Positions 38,746 to 46,806 of a stretch of 56,894 nucleotides of DNA are shown here, piece after piece (the stretch's first letter is position 1; each line of letters opens with the position of its first letter). A program made the translations under genes and the position numbers. The stretch covers positions 1-56,894 of the forward strand of contig CAZUFC010000048.1 of the NCBI GenBank assembly GCA_964619725.1, given 5' to 3'. The notes under the pieces were generated by a model, which saw nothing but the letters and a program-made list of their open reading frames with translations, was not told the DNA's origin and did not search any database. This DNA is from an uncultured bacterium (GTDB taxonomy: Bacteria; CSSED10-310; CAZUFC01).

Positions 38746-38997
38746 TTACTTTTTATGCGAAAAGTCTCTGTTCGGTTTGTAATCTGAATCCTGATCGTTA
38801 AGGGCGGCGCAGAAGAAAGACTCTCTCATTTTAGCCTTTTTATAGTGAGGACAAAACATGGGATTCCCGCCTTCACAATATTTGGACTGCTCTTCCACGC
38901 TGGGGATCATGATCTTTTTAGGCCAGTAGGCATGGCAGCAGCGCATGGTAAAGGAAACACTCTCCGAACGAAAACTGGTCATAAACGGACACTTCAT
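38746..38997 (-). CDS. Small Cys-rich hypothetical protein (83 aa)
   Basis: AAAGGAG RBS 7 nt before ATG 38997; MKCPF...CCHA...IPS..E...YC...FCPHY, 6 Cys. Confidence 0.78.
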   Translation of the reverse strand: MKCPFMTSFRSESVSFTMRCCHAYWPKKIMIPSVEEQSKYCEGGNPMFCPHYKKAKMRESFFCAALNDQDSDYKPNRDFSHKK

Positions 38998-39144
38998 GTC
39001 CTGACTCCTTTGAAAGCGAACACAAATGATCGTTTTCGCGCAAAAACGCTGTGCATCAGCGCACAGCATAATTCCTTTTTGACTCCAGCTATGTTGAATT
39101 TAATCATAAGCTTGCGACTCACATCCTGAACATTGAATTTATTC

Positions 39145-39160
39145 TGCAAATTCCATACCG
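39145..39160 (-). promoter_or_regulatory. Putative sigma54 (-24/-12) promoter of the Cys-rich protein
   Basis: CGGTATGGAATTTGCA = GG-N10-GC ending TTGCA; IHF-like AAACAATGGGTTA at 39232-39244. Confidence 0.6.
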
Positions 39161-39350
39161 CAAAAGGATGCGACGAATTTGCAGGACATTTCGGAACGCT
39201 GGTCGCAATAAAAAAAGCATTGAAAGAATCGTAACCCATTGTTTGATCATTCGCCTTAAAAAAATACGACCCTGAAACTAGCAGGAATCGGAACGGAAAA
39301 AACTTGTCTGAAAGGTGAAAAGACTTTTCATCCTGAATGGCGAGCGGAGA

Positions 39351-39380
39351 TTGACAATTAAATGCTCTCATTGTTATATT
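39351..39380 (+). promoter_or_regulatory. sigma70 promoter of Nat-type ABC operon
   Basis: TTGACA-N18-TATATT with TGn extended -10. Confidence 0.6.
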
Positions 39381-39431
39381 CGATTTGTCTTTTTGGAGCG
39401 CTGTAACGTTTTTTCAAAGGAAATCAATAAA

Positions 39432-40712
39432 GTGCGGTCATTGATAAAGAGTATACGAGAGACGCTGCTGATTTTCAGGGTTGAGGCGCTTTCCCTTCTC
39501 CGGGACCGGCATACGGTGATTTATACGATCATCATGCCGATTTTTTTATACCCGATCATGTTCTGGACGATGAACCAGGTGGGAGCGTTGGAGAAGGGAT
39601 TTGAGTCTCGCGAGAAGGCACGGATATCGATAGAGGGAGAAGGCATATTTCCTGAAGGTGTGGAATTTTTGCGTGGTTCTCCAGATTTTGAAGCGGTGAA
39701 GGTTTCTTATGACGAGGAATCGTTACTGGACGGAGAAATAGAAGCGGCGCTGGAAATTTTTGAGGAGGATCGAAGCGTTGAGCCGCCCTGTTTTCGGATG
39801 CGGATATATTATGACGGAGCATCGGACCGTTCCCGACGGACGGCGGACAGCATAATCGACCGTCTTGATTTGTATAGGGATATTTATTTGGAGGAATTTT
39901 CGGACCAGCGCTCTCTGTCTGGTGAGATGTTTTTACTTCCTGCGGTCGACAGGGTTAATTTAGCTGAGAGCCGTGAGATAGGGAAATTTATTTTAGGCCG
40001 GTTATTTCCCATGATGATTGTTATAATGGCAGCTATGGGTACGTTGTATCCCGCGATTGAAGTCGTAGTTGGAGAACGTGAGCATGAAACGCTTGAAAGC
40101 ACCCTCGTCTTACCCACGCGGCGATTACATATAATGGCGGCGAAATATTTAGCGGTAGCAGCAGGCGGCGTTTCAGCCGTTTTTCTGAATTTGTTTTCTA
40201 TGTCTCTGGTAGTAGGCAGCACGATATTCAGCGCGAAAAAATTTCAGGAAATAGATTTTTCCTTTCCATTGGAATCCATTCCTCTGATTTTTTTAGCAGC
40301 GACATTGCTGTCTTTGTTCTTCGGCGCTGCCTTAATCCTCCTGGCCTCGTTCACCAGAAATTTCCGGGAAGGCCAGGGATTCGTAACTCCTTTTTTTATA
40401 ATAAGTTTTCAACCAGCTTTAATCGCCTCTTTTCCCGGATTCGAGCTGACGCCTTTAACGGCGCTCATACCGATAGCGAACGTTTCCCTTTTGTTTCGAG
40501 ATGCGCTGAATGGCAATTATTCGTTGTTAAACATAAGCCTGGTGTTTTTATCTTTAATCATCTGTACGATTCTGGCGTTATGGCCCGCAGGCCGTTTATT
40601 TCAAAGAGAGGATTTCCTGTGGAAAGGATTCAAGGGAGCGTTCAAAGATTTCATGAGATATTTTTTCAAGGATGCAGGAAATGGGGGAAGCCATGCCGGA
40701 AGCATTAATTAA
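39432..40712 (+). CDS. NatB-like ABC-2 permease
   Basis: LLRDRHT, periplasmic loop, VVGEREHETLESTL, IPIANVSLL; GTG 39432 after AAAGGA (start approximate). Confidence 0.85.
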   Translation: MRSLIKSIRETLLIFRVEALSLLRDRHTVIYTIIMPIFLYPIMFWTMNQVGALEKGFESREKARISIEGEGIFPEGVEFLRGSPDFEAVKVSYDEESLLDGEIEAALEIFEEDRSVEPPCFRMRIYYDGASDRSRRTADSIIDRLDLYRDIYLEEFSDQRSLSGEMFLLPAVDRVNLAESREIGKFILGRLFPMMIVIMAAMGTLYPAIEVVVGEREHETLESTLVLPTRRLHIMAAKYLAVAAGGVSAVFLNLFSMSLVVGSTIFSAKKFQEIDFSFPLESIPLIFLAATLLSLFFGAALILLASFTRNFREGQGFVTPFFIISFQPALIASFPGFELTPLTALIPIANVSLLFRDALNGNYSLLNISLVFLSLIICTILALWPAGRLFQREDFLWKGFKGAFKDFMRYFFKDAGNGGSHAGSIN

Positions 40713-41445
40713 AGTGACTGAGTTGGGCAAGACGTTTTACGACAAGCAGCGAGGCGAGATAAAAGCTGTGGACGAGGTTTCTTTTGAATGTTTTCCTGGA
40801 GAGATATTCGGATTACTTGGACCCAATGGAGCGGGAAAAACGACGACTTTACGCATCCTGGCCACGGTAATTCAGCCCTCGTCAGGGAAGGCAGAGGTTT
40901 ATGGTCATGATATTATTGAAGAACCTCAGAAGGTCAGGTCTTCTATCGGTTTTCTCTCTTCAACCACTGGACTTTATCCGCGACTGACTCCCAGGGAGAT
41001 ACTTGAATATTTCGGAAAACTGTACGGAATGTCGACGGATAAACTGGGGCCGCGAATTGAAGAACTGTCCGAAACGTTTGATTTCGAGGAGTTCATTGAC
41101 GTACCATGCGAAAAACTGTCCACGGGCATGAAACAGAAAACATCCATAGCCCGAACGGTCGTGCATGATCCGCCGGTTCTTATTTTCGACGAACCGACTG
41201 CGGGACTGGACGTTATAGCGGCAGGGGCGATGATCGATTTCATTCGGGGCTGCAAGGACAGGAATCGCACGGTTCTGTTTTCCACACATATTATGAGCGA
41301 AGCGGAAAAGATATGCGACAGACTGGCTGTAATCCATCAAGGCTCCATTCGCTCCATCGACACGCTGAGCAATCTTCAGAGGATTACGGGCAAAAAATAC
41401 CTGGAAGATATTTTCAAATTTTTCGTGTCGGAAAATAAAGAATAA
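40693..41445 (+). CDS. NatA-like ABC ATPase
   Basis: GPNGAGKTT, TGLYPRLT, LSTGMKQK, FDEPTAGLD, STHIMSE. Confidence 0.92.
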   Translation: MPEALIKVTELGKTFYDKQRGEIKAVDEVSFECFPGEIFGLLGPNGAGKTTTLRILATVIQPSSGKAEVYGHDIIEEPQKVRSSIGFLSSTTGLYPRLTPREILEYFGKLYGMSTDKLGPRIEELSETFDFEEFIDVPCEKLSTGMKQKTSIARTVVHDPPVLIFDEPTAGLDVIAAGAMIDFIRGCKDRNRTVLFSTHIMSEAEKICDRLAVIHQGSIRSIDTLSNLQRITGKKYLEDIFKFFVSENKE

Positions 41446-41451
41446 TCAGAG

Positions 41452-43401
41452 ATGGATACGAATATATTCAAAATAGTTCTCTGGAAAGAAATTCGAGATA
41501 TATTAAAAGATAAGAAGACGCTTTTTCTCACAGTGCTTGTTCCTTTTCTCAGTTATCCTCTTATTCTGCTGGGAACCGGTTATCTAAAAAACGTCTCTGA
41601 AGAGCAGGAAGCTCAGGAAACGGTAATAGTCGGTTATAACGGTTCTTCTCGTTTCATTGAAATGTACTTTCCAGATTCGGAATTCGAGAATTTCAAATGG
41701 ATACCGATGCAAGACGGAACCCAGTCAGTCGAGTTAAAAGAGATTCAGGCTTTTCTTTTCGTGCCGGAGGAATTTTATAAGGAAAGCGATCAGGTCCCCT
41801 ATGTGGATATTTACTATAACAACACGAGCGACCTTTCCGGCAGCGCAGCCCGTAAAATTGAAACCACACTTGAAGAGGCGAACTCGACAATGTTACGCCT
41901 CAGAATAAAAGAAGCAGGTTTGGATATCGATCCGGAGAGAATGCTCGATTATGAAAAAAAAGACGTCTCAACAGCTTTACGAAAAAGCGGAAGCCTGGCC
42001 GCAAAAGCCGTCCCTTTCCTTCTGGTTCTGATGCTTTTTTCCGGCGCTTCTTTCGCAGCATTGGACATTATCGCCGGTGAAAGGGAAAGGGGTTCCCTGG
42101 AATCTCTCCTTACCACGCCTGCAGACCGCACCGCCATCATTGCCGCCAAATTCAGCGCCGTGTTCCTGACCGGCGTGGGAGCATCCATCGTCAACATTAT
42201 CGGCCTCAGCGTCTCCGTATCGATGGGATTGCTGGATTTTTCAGGTTTAATCGCGGATTACCAGTTTGTCCTTTCCTACGCTTCTCTCGCTATTCTTTTA
42301 TTGCTGATGCTTCCGGCAGCCGCTTTCATATCTTCTTTGATGATAATCGTTTCAAGTTTCGCAGAATCCTTTAAACAAGGACAATACCTCGTCTTTCCTC
42401 TCTTCTTCCTTACGGGCATGCCGGCCCTTAGCGGCCTCCTGCCCGGACTGAAAATCGATTCCATCATGGTTGTTTTCCCCATCGCCAATATTGCCCTGCT
42501 GGCGAAAGAATTGTTTATTAATCGTTATAACATTCTCTTTATCATGCTGACTTTCGGGATTAATTTTCTTTACGCCGGAATCGCTCTTCGACTGGCCGTC
42601 AAAATCCTCAACCGGGAGGGAATAGTCGGCTTTTCCGCTATATCAAGGGCCGAAAGGGATTGGACAAAAAAAGCCTTCTCCCTTTTCGCATTCATCTGGC
42701 TGATAATGTTCTACTTCGCAACCCCCCTCCAGGCATCAGACATCCTCAAAGGCCTTCTCATTACAGAATGGGGCTTCATCCTCCTGCCGGCTTTGATTTT
42801 TATATACATTAACAGACTTGATCTTAAAAAAACTCTCAGCATCAAAAAATTTAATCCTCAGCAGGCAGGCGGCGCTTTCTTCGCTTTCACCGCGGGCCTG
42901 CTCGGCGCCGTATGGATTCTTCATTTTCAATCCAAATTTTTCCCCGCTCCCGAGGGACTTTTTAAAGCATTCGAAAACATGTTCATGGATAAAGATATAT
43001 CTCCGCTAATGAAATTCATTGCCTTTGCCTTTTCGGCGGGAGTGTGCGAAGAGGTTCTATTCAGAGGCGTTTTGACTGACGTATTATCGCGAAAACATCA
43101 TAAAGCCTTCGTCATCATCGTGGTCAGCCTTCTTTTCGGCATTTTCCACTTCAATATCTACCGAATCCTTCCCACTGCAGTCGTAGGCGCCGTTTTGACC
43201 TGGACTCTGCTTGAAACAAGATCAATATTTCTCCCCATCATCATGCATATCCTTCATAATTCCACGCTCATATTCCTTGATCCTGAATTCTTAAGCTCAG
43301 TCAGTAAGCGCCCCGAAGCGCCTCTTTATATTCTAATCAGTCTCTTTATCGCCAGCGTTCTGTTCTCCGGGAAAGCCTGGCGAAGAAAGGAAGTACATTG
43401 A
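41452..43401 (+). CDS. NatB-like ABC permease fused to CPBP (CAAX/Abi) intramembrane protease
   Basis: IAGERERGSLESLL permease motif; C-terminal CEEVLFRG, FGIFH, HILHN CPBP motifs. Confidence 0.88.
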   Translation: MDTNIFKIVLWKEIRDILKDKKTLFLTVLVPFLSYPLILLGTGYLKNVSEEQEAQETVIVGYNGSSRFIEMYFPDSEFENFKWIPMQDGTQSVELKEIQAFLFVPEEFYKESDQVPYVDIYYNNTSDLSGSAARKIETTLEEANSTMLRLRIKEAGLDIDPERMLDYEKKDVSTALRKSGSLAAKAVPFLLVLMLFSGASFAALDIIAGERERGSLESLLTTPADRTAIIAAKFSAVFLTGVGASIVNIIGLSVSVSMGLLDFSGLIADYQFVLSYASLAILLLLMLPAAAFISSLMIIVSSFAESFKQGQYLVFPLFFLTGMPALSGLLPGLKIDSIMVVFPIANIALLAKELFINRYNILFIMLTFGINFLYAGIALRLAVKILNREGIVGFSAISRAERDWTKKAFSLFAFIWLIMFYFATPLQASDILKGLLITEWGFILLPALIFIYINRLDLKKTLSIKKFNPQQAGGAFFAFTAGLLGAVWILHFQSKFFPAPEGLFKAFENMFMDKDISPLMKFIAFAFSAGVCEEVLFRGVLTDVLSRKHHKAFVIIVVSLLFGIFHFNIYRILPTAVVGAVLTWTLLETRSIFLPIIMHILHNSTLIFLDPEFLSSVSKRPEAPLYILISLFIASVLFSGKAWRRKEVH

Positions 43402-43405
43402 ACCG

Positions 43406-44128
43406 ATGAAAGTCGTCGTCGTCATGCCGGCTTACAACGCCGGTCCTACCCTTCTGAAAACTTACCAGGCCATTCCACACGATCATGTCGATGAAATCAT
43501 TCTTGTAGACGATTTCAGCCAGGACAATACCGTCTTACTTGCCTCGCAATTGGACATCAAAGTCATCGAACATCCTGAAAACAGAGGATACGGCGGCAAT
43601 CAAAAAACTTGCTACGATACCGCTCTGAAAGACGGAGCGGATATTATCATTATGCTTCACCCCGATTACCAATATGATCCCTCAATTATTCCACAGATGG
43701 TCGAACCCATCGCCTCTGACAAAACAGATGCCGTTTTCGCCTCACGCTTTCTGGGAAATCCTCTTAACGGCGGCATGCCTCGATATAAATATTTCTCCAA
43801 TAAAATCCTTACATGCCTGCAGAATCTGGCGCAAAACACTTCTTTTTCCGAATTTCATACCGGGTACAGAGCTTTCAGCCGCCGGTTGCTCGAAGATATA
43901 CCCTATCATAAAAATTCAGACGATTTTGTTTTCGATAATGAAATAATTTTTCAAATGCTCGTCCGTAAAGCCCGCATAATGGAATTACCCGTCGAAACTC
44001 GTTATGAAAAAGATTCTTCAACTGTTTCGCTCAAAGGCAGCATCAAATATGGAATCGGCGTATTACGTACAATTTTTAAATATCTGCTTCATAAATGGAA
44101 AATCAAACGCTTTTCTTTATTCGAATGA
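43406..44128 (+). CDS. Glycosyltransferase family 2 (DPM-synthase-like)
   Basis: VVMPAYN, LVDDFSQD, NRGYGGNQK, HPDYQY, EFHTGYRAF. Confidence 0.92.
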   Translation: MKVVVVMPAYNAGPTLLKTYQAIPHDHVDEIILVDDFSQDNTVLLASQLDIKVIEHPENRGYGGNQKTCYDTALKDGADIIIMLHPDYQYDPSIIPQMVEPIASDKTDAVFASRFLGNPLNGGMPRYKYFSNKILTCLQNLAQNTSFSEFHTGYRAFSRRLLEDIPYHKNSDDFVFDNEIIFQMLVRKARIMELPVETRYEKDSSTVSLKGSIKYGIGVLRTIFKYLLHKWKIKRFSLFE

Positions 44129-44153
44129 AGTTAAACCTGAAAGGAAAAAATCA

Positions 44154-46142
44154 ATGAACGCTTACTCCAGCAAATCCACAAATAAATCATCCTTCCCGAA
44201 TTCTCCGAGTTCCTTTCTTTCCCTTGCTGCCCTTTCTTCATTCCTCTGCAGCTTTCTGCTTTCAACCGCTCTCATGCCCTGCCCCTCCGGTGCGACTGCA
44301 GCCGACAACAAAAGCGATATCATCCCACATCTCCGGTCAATGCATGATCAAATACGCGAAATTCAACGCCATTATGTAATTCAGGATGACTCCGCCATTC
44401 AGGAATCCAACCGTGAACTGAATGAACTTCTGGAAAATAGGGAACTCTTGAACGATGATAATACTATGCTGCTTAAGGAAATTGCCGGAAGCGCCGAATA
44501 CTCCGATGAGCTGAGAATCGCTGCCTCCGTTTTTCTGGGTTATCACACGCAGGCGACGGTAAAAGAAAACACGGAGTCGGTCATAAGACCTCTGACCGGA
44601 TTCCTGGCCAAACGTGAGTCGATGGAGCCGTTCGATTTCGTTACCGGACTCTTTAAACTGTATGAAAACTGGTCTCGACAAAAACTAGATGACCTTTCAG
44701 TCCCTTACCTTGTATACCGTTTCGCTGTGCCTTCAGCACAAGATTCCGAAAATGAAAAAGCAATGCTTCAGGAATTTCGCATCGCTGCAACCATCTTTGC
44801 CGGGGCTGTCGGCGACATTCGCGCTGTTACGGCTTTGAAAAGTATGCCTGAAGCAGTCGCTGATCATACTAATGTCTTCGATCCCGTCGGTTTTGCACTC
44901 GGTCTGAGCGCATTAAAATCCCCTGTAACAAGAGATATGCTTTTCGAATCGGCAGCCGTCGGTGGAGTTGAATCGGTTACCGGAATAAAAGCTCTTTATG
45001 CTCTTGGAACCGCAAAAGATGACCGTATTGTAGAATACGCCGCAAAATTTTTTGATCATTTGGAAACCGAATACGATTCCGATGAGACGAAACATGCAAA
45101 AAAAGCGTTCAGAAAACCTGAATCTCCAGTGACTTTGCCCCGCAGCATAACCATCGAAAACCTCATTAATATACTCAGCCGCATGAAAAACGATCGCCTC
45201 ACTCAAGTATTTCTCAGGCTTCTTAAGTCGAAACCCGAACTCATTTCAAAATTACAAGATTACATCGCTTATTCCGGAAACTTCTCTGATCATAAATGGC
45301 TTATGAATGCTATGCTGGAATCAGCCAAGTGGGAATCATTGCGTTTTATGCCTTACTTCATTGATGAACTGGAAACAACCGATGTCGAATACCTGTTGGA
45401 TGCATTGAATCAAGGTTCTGAAATGCAGAAGATGAAAATATTGCAAATTTTCGAACAAATGCCGGCAGACCTTTTAACTCCTCAGATTGAAAACGCAGCC
45501 AAATCCCTGGCAGTCTCCGATCAATCCGAATTGGCGGCCGCCCAGGCAGTCGACTTATTACTCAGATTCCCCGAAACCAATACGCAAGCGTTCCTGAAAA
45601 AACTATCGAGATCAGGTCCACTTGAAAAACCGCGGGCGCTGGCCTTATGGACGCTCTTTAAATTTGCTGATGCTGATGAGAAAATTATTATAGATGCTAT
45701 CGAAAGCGATAATCCTAAATTGAGAATTACAGGAGCGGATACGCTGATCCTCCATTCGACCACCATGGATAAAAGATTAACAGGATTGAAAGGGGAAGAA
45801 TGGAAAAGTATGCTCAAAGCGCTGCACCGGATGCTTCTTCAGGAAACGGATATTCATATCGCTGAGAGGATGCTGGAAGCCGCCTGGCGACATCGGCCAG
45901 GCAGAGTATTCACTCCGGATTTCAATTATTCGGAAGAAGAAATTGAATTTCAGGAGCAAATCGCCCAGCGATTTATATATCCTCAGAAATGGCCTGAATC
46001 TGTTCGGCTTCACCTGACGACTTTTCTCAAACTGCTGAAAACCGAAAAGGCCAAATCTCTCCTGACGCAAATGAAAAATTCCGACCCGTCTGAAAAGGTC
46101 AGAGATCGAGCCGCTCTGCTTCTAAGGATGTGGTCCAGATGA
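44154..46142 (+). CDS. Secreted HEAT-repeat-like helical protein
   Basis: Signal-peptide-like segment ending ATA-AD; HEAT-like units (ALYALG, D.NPKLRITGA, DPSEKVRDRAA); start set at ATG 44154 after AAAGGA. Confidence 0.7.
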   Translation: MNAYSSKSTNKSSFPNSPSSFLSLAALSSFLCSFLLSTALMPCPSGATAADNKSDIIPHLRSMHDQIREIQRHYVIQDDSAIQESNRELNELLENRELLNDDNTMLLKEIAGSAEYSDELRIAASVFLGYHTQATVKENTESVIRPLTGFLAKRESMEPFDFVTGLFKLYENWSRQKLDDLSVPYLVYRFAVPSAQDSENEKAMLQEFRIAATIFAGAVGDIRAVTALKSMPEAVADHTNVFDPVGFALGLSALKSPVTRDMLFESAAVGGVESVTGIKALYALGTAKDDRIVEYAAKFFDHLETEYDSDETKHAKKAFRKPESPVTLPRSITIENLINILSRMKNDRLTQVFLRLLKSKPELISKLQDYIAYSGNFSDHKWLMNAMLESAKWESLRFMPYFIDELETTDVEYLLDALNQGSEMQKMKILQIFEQMPADLLTPQIENAAKSLAVSDQSELAAAQAVDLLLRFPETNTQAFLKKLSRSGPLEKPRALALWTLFKFADADEKIIIDAIESDNPKLRITGADTLILHSTTMDKRLTGLKGEEWKSMLKALHRMLLQETDIHIAERMLEAAWRHRPGRVFTPDFNYSEEEIEFQEQIAQRFIYPQKWPESVRLHLTTFLKLLKTEKAKSLLTQMKNSDPSEKVRDRAALLLRMWSR

Positions 46143-46225
46143 ACTTTGCGCCACGGGATCAGCGCCCGTCCGCAGACGCATTTTTGATTCAACATGCATG
46201 AGCAGACAGGCGCCGATAAATTTCG

Positions 46226-46399
46226 CTAATTCGTTTTCTCTGATTCTAATCCCTTGCTCACCAGGAATGAAAAATTCTTCTCCACATTCTCTTTTAGTAT
46301 CACCCCTAAACCCACTAAGGCCAAAAATATCTGCTTTCTTTTCACAAGAATCAGGGTGGCTAAAACCATAATGAGAAACCAATAAAGTTTTTTAAACAT
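46226..46399 (-). CDS. Small membrane protein with phasin-like C-terminal helix (57 aa)
   Basis: Manual translation MFKKLYWFLIMVLATLILVKRKQIFLALVGLGVILKENVEKNFSFLVSKGLESEKTN; GGGAGG RBS 7 nt upstream. Confidence 0.7.
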   Translation of the reverse strand: MFKKLYWFLIMVLATLILVKRKQIFLALVGLGVILKENVEKNFSFLVSKGLESEKTN

Positions 46400-46501
46400 T
46401 AATGAACCTCCCGCTAAATCTTTTCCTTCTTAATGACCGGCTCGAGACCCGGTAATTCCAGGAACCGCTCTTCGCTCTTACTTTCTGATATTTCCTCAGA
46501 A

Positions 46502-46660
46502 TTAAAAAATCGTATAAATCAACGGCGCAACAGCGGATTGTTCCGTCAGAAGAATAATTATGCTGAAGACGAGCATTATAATGATAATGGGAGCAAGCCA
46601 CCATTTTTTCGTTTCTTTCAGGAACATAAAATATTCTTTTAATATGCTGGATTTTTTCAT
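46502..46660 (-). CDS. DUF5989/SxtK-like small membrane protein (52 aa)
   Basis: MKKSSILKEYFMFLKETKKWWLAPIIIIMLVFSIIILLTEQSAVAPLIYTIF; KKWWLAP and SAVAPLIYTIF signatures; GAGG RBS; TTGACA-N18-TAATCT at 46699-46728. Confidence 0.88.
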   Translation of the reverse strand: MKKSSILKEYFMFLKETKKWWLAPIIIIMLVFSIIILLTEQSAVAPLIYTIF

Positions 46661-46806
46661 TCTGTTTCACCTCTCAACGGAATTGGCAGTCCGATCACAG
46701 ATTACTTTTTCCATACCCGCTATGTCAATACCGGATGTTTGAAACTTCTGATGCAGCGTCAGCAAACCCGGCAGTTGAATGCGCCTTTTAAAGCGAATTG
46801 CTGAAG

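Noticed and set aside
46122-46742. Track ORFs 46122-46382, 46392-46670, 46433-46642, 46560-46742
   Set aside because: Wrong frames or strand; the supported genes are 46226-46399 and 46502-46660.
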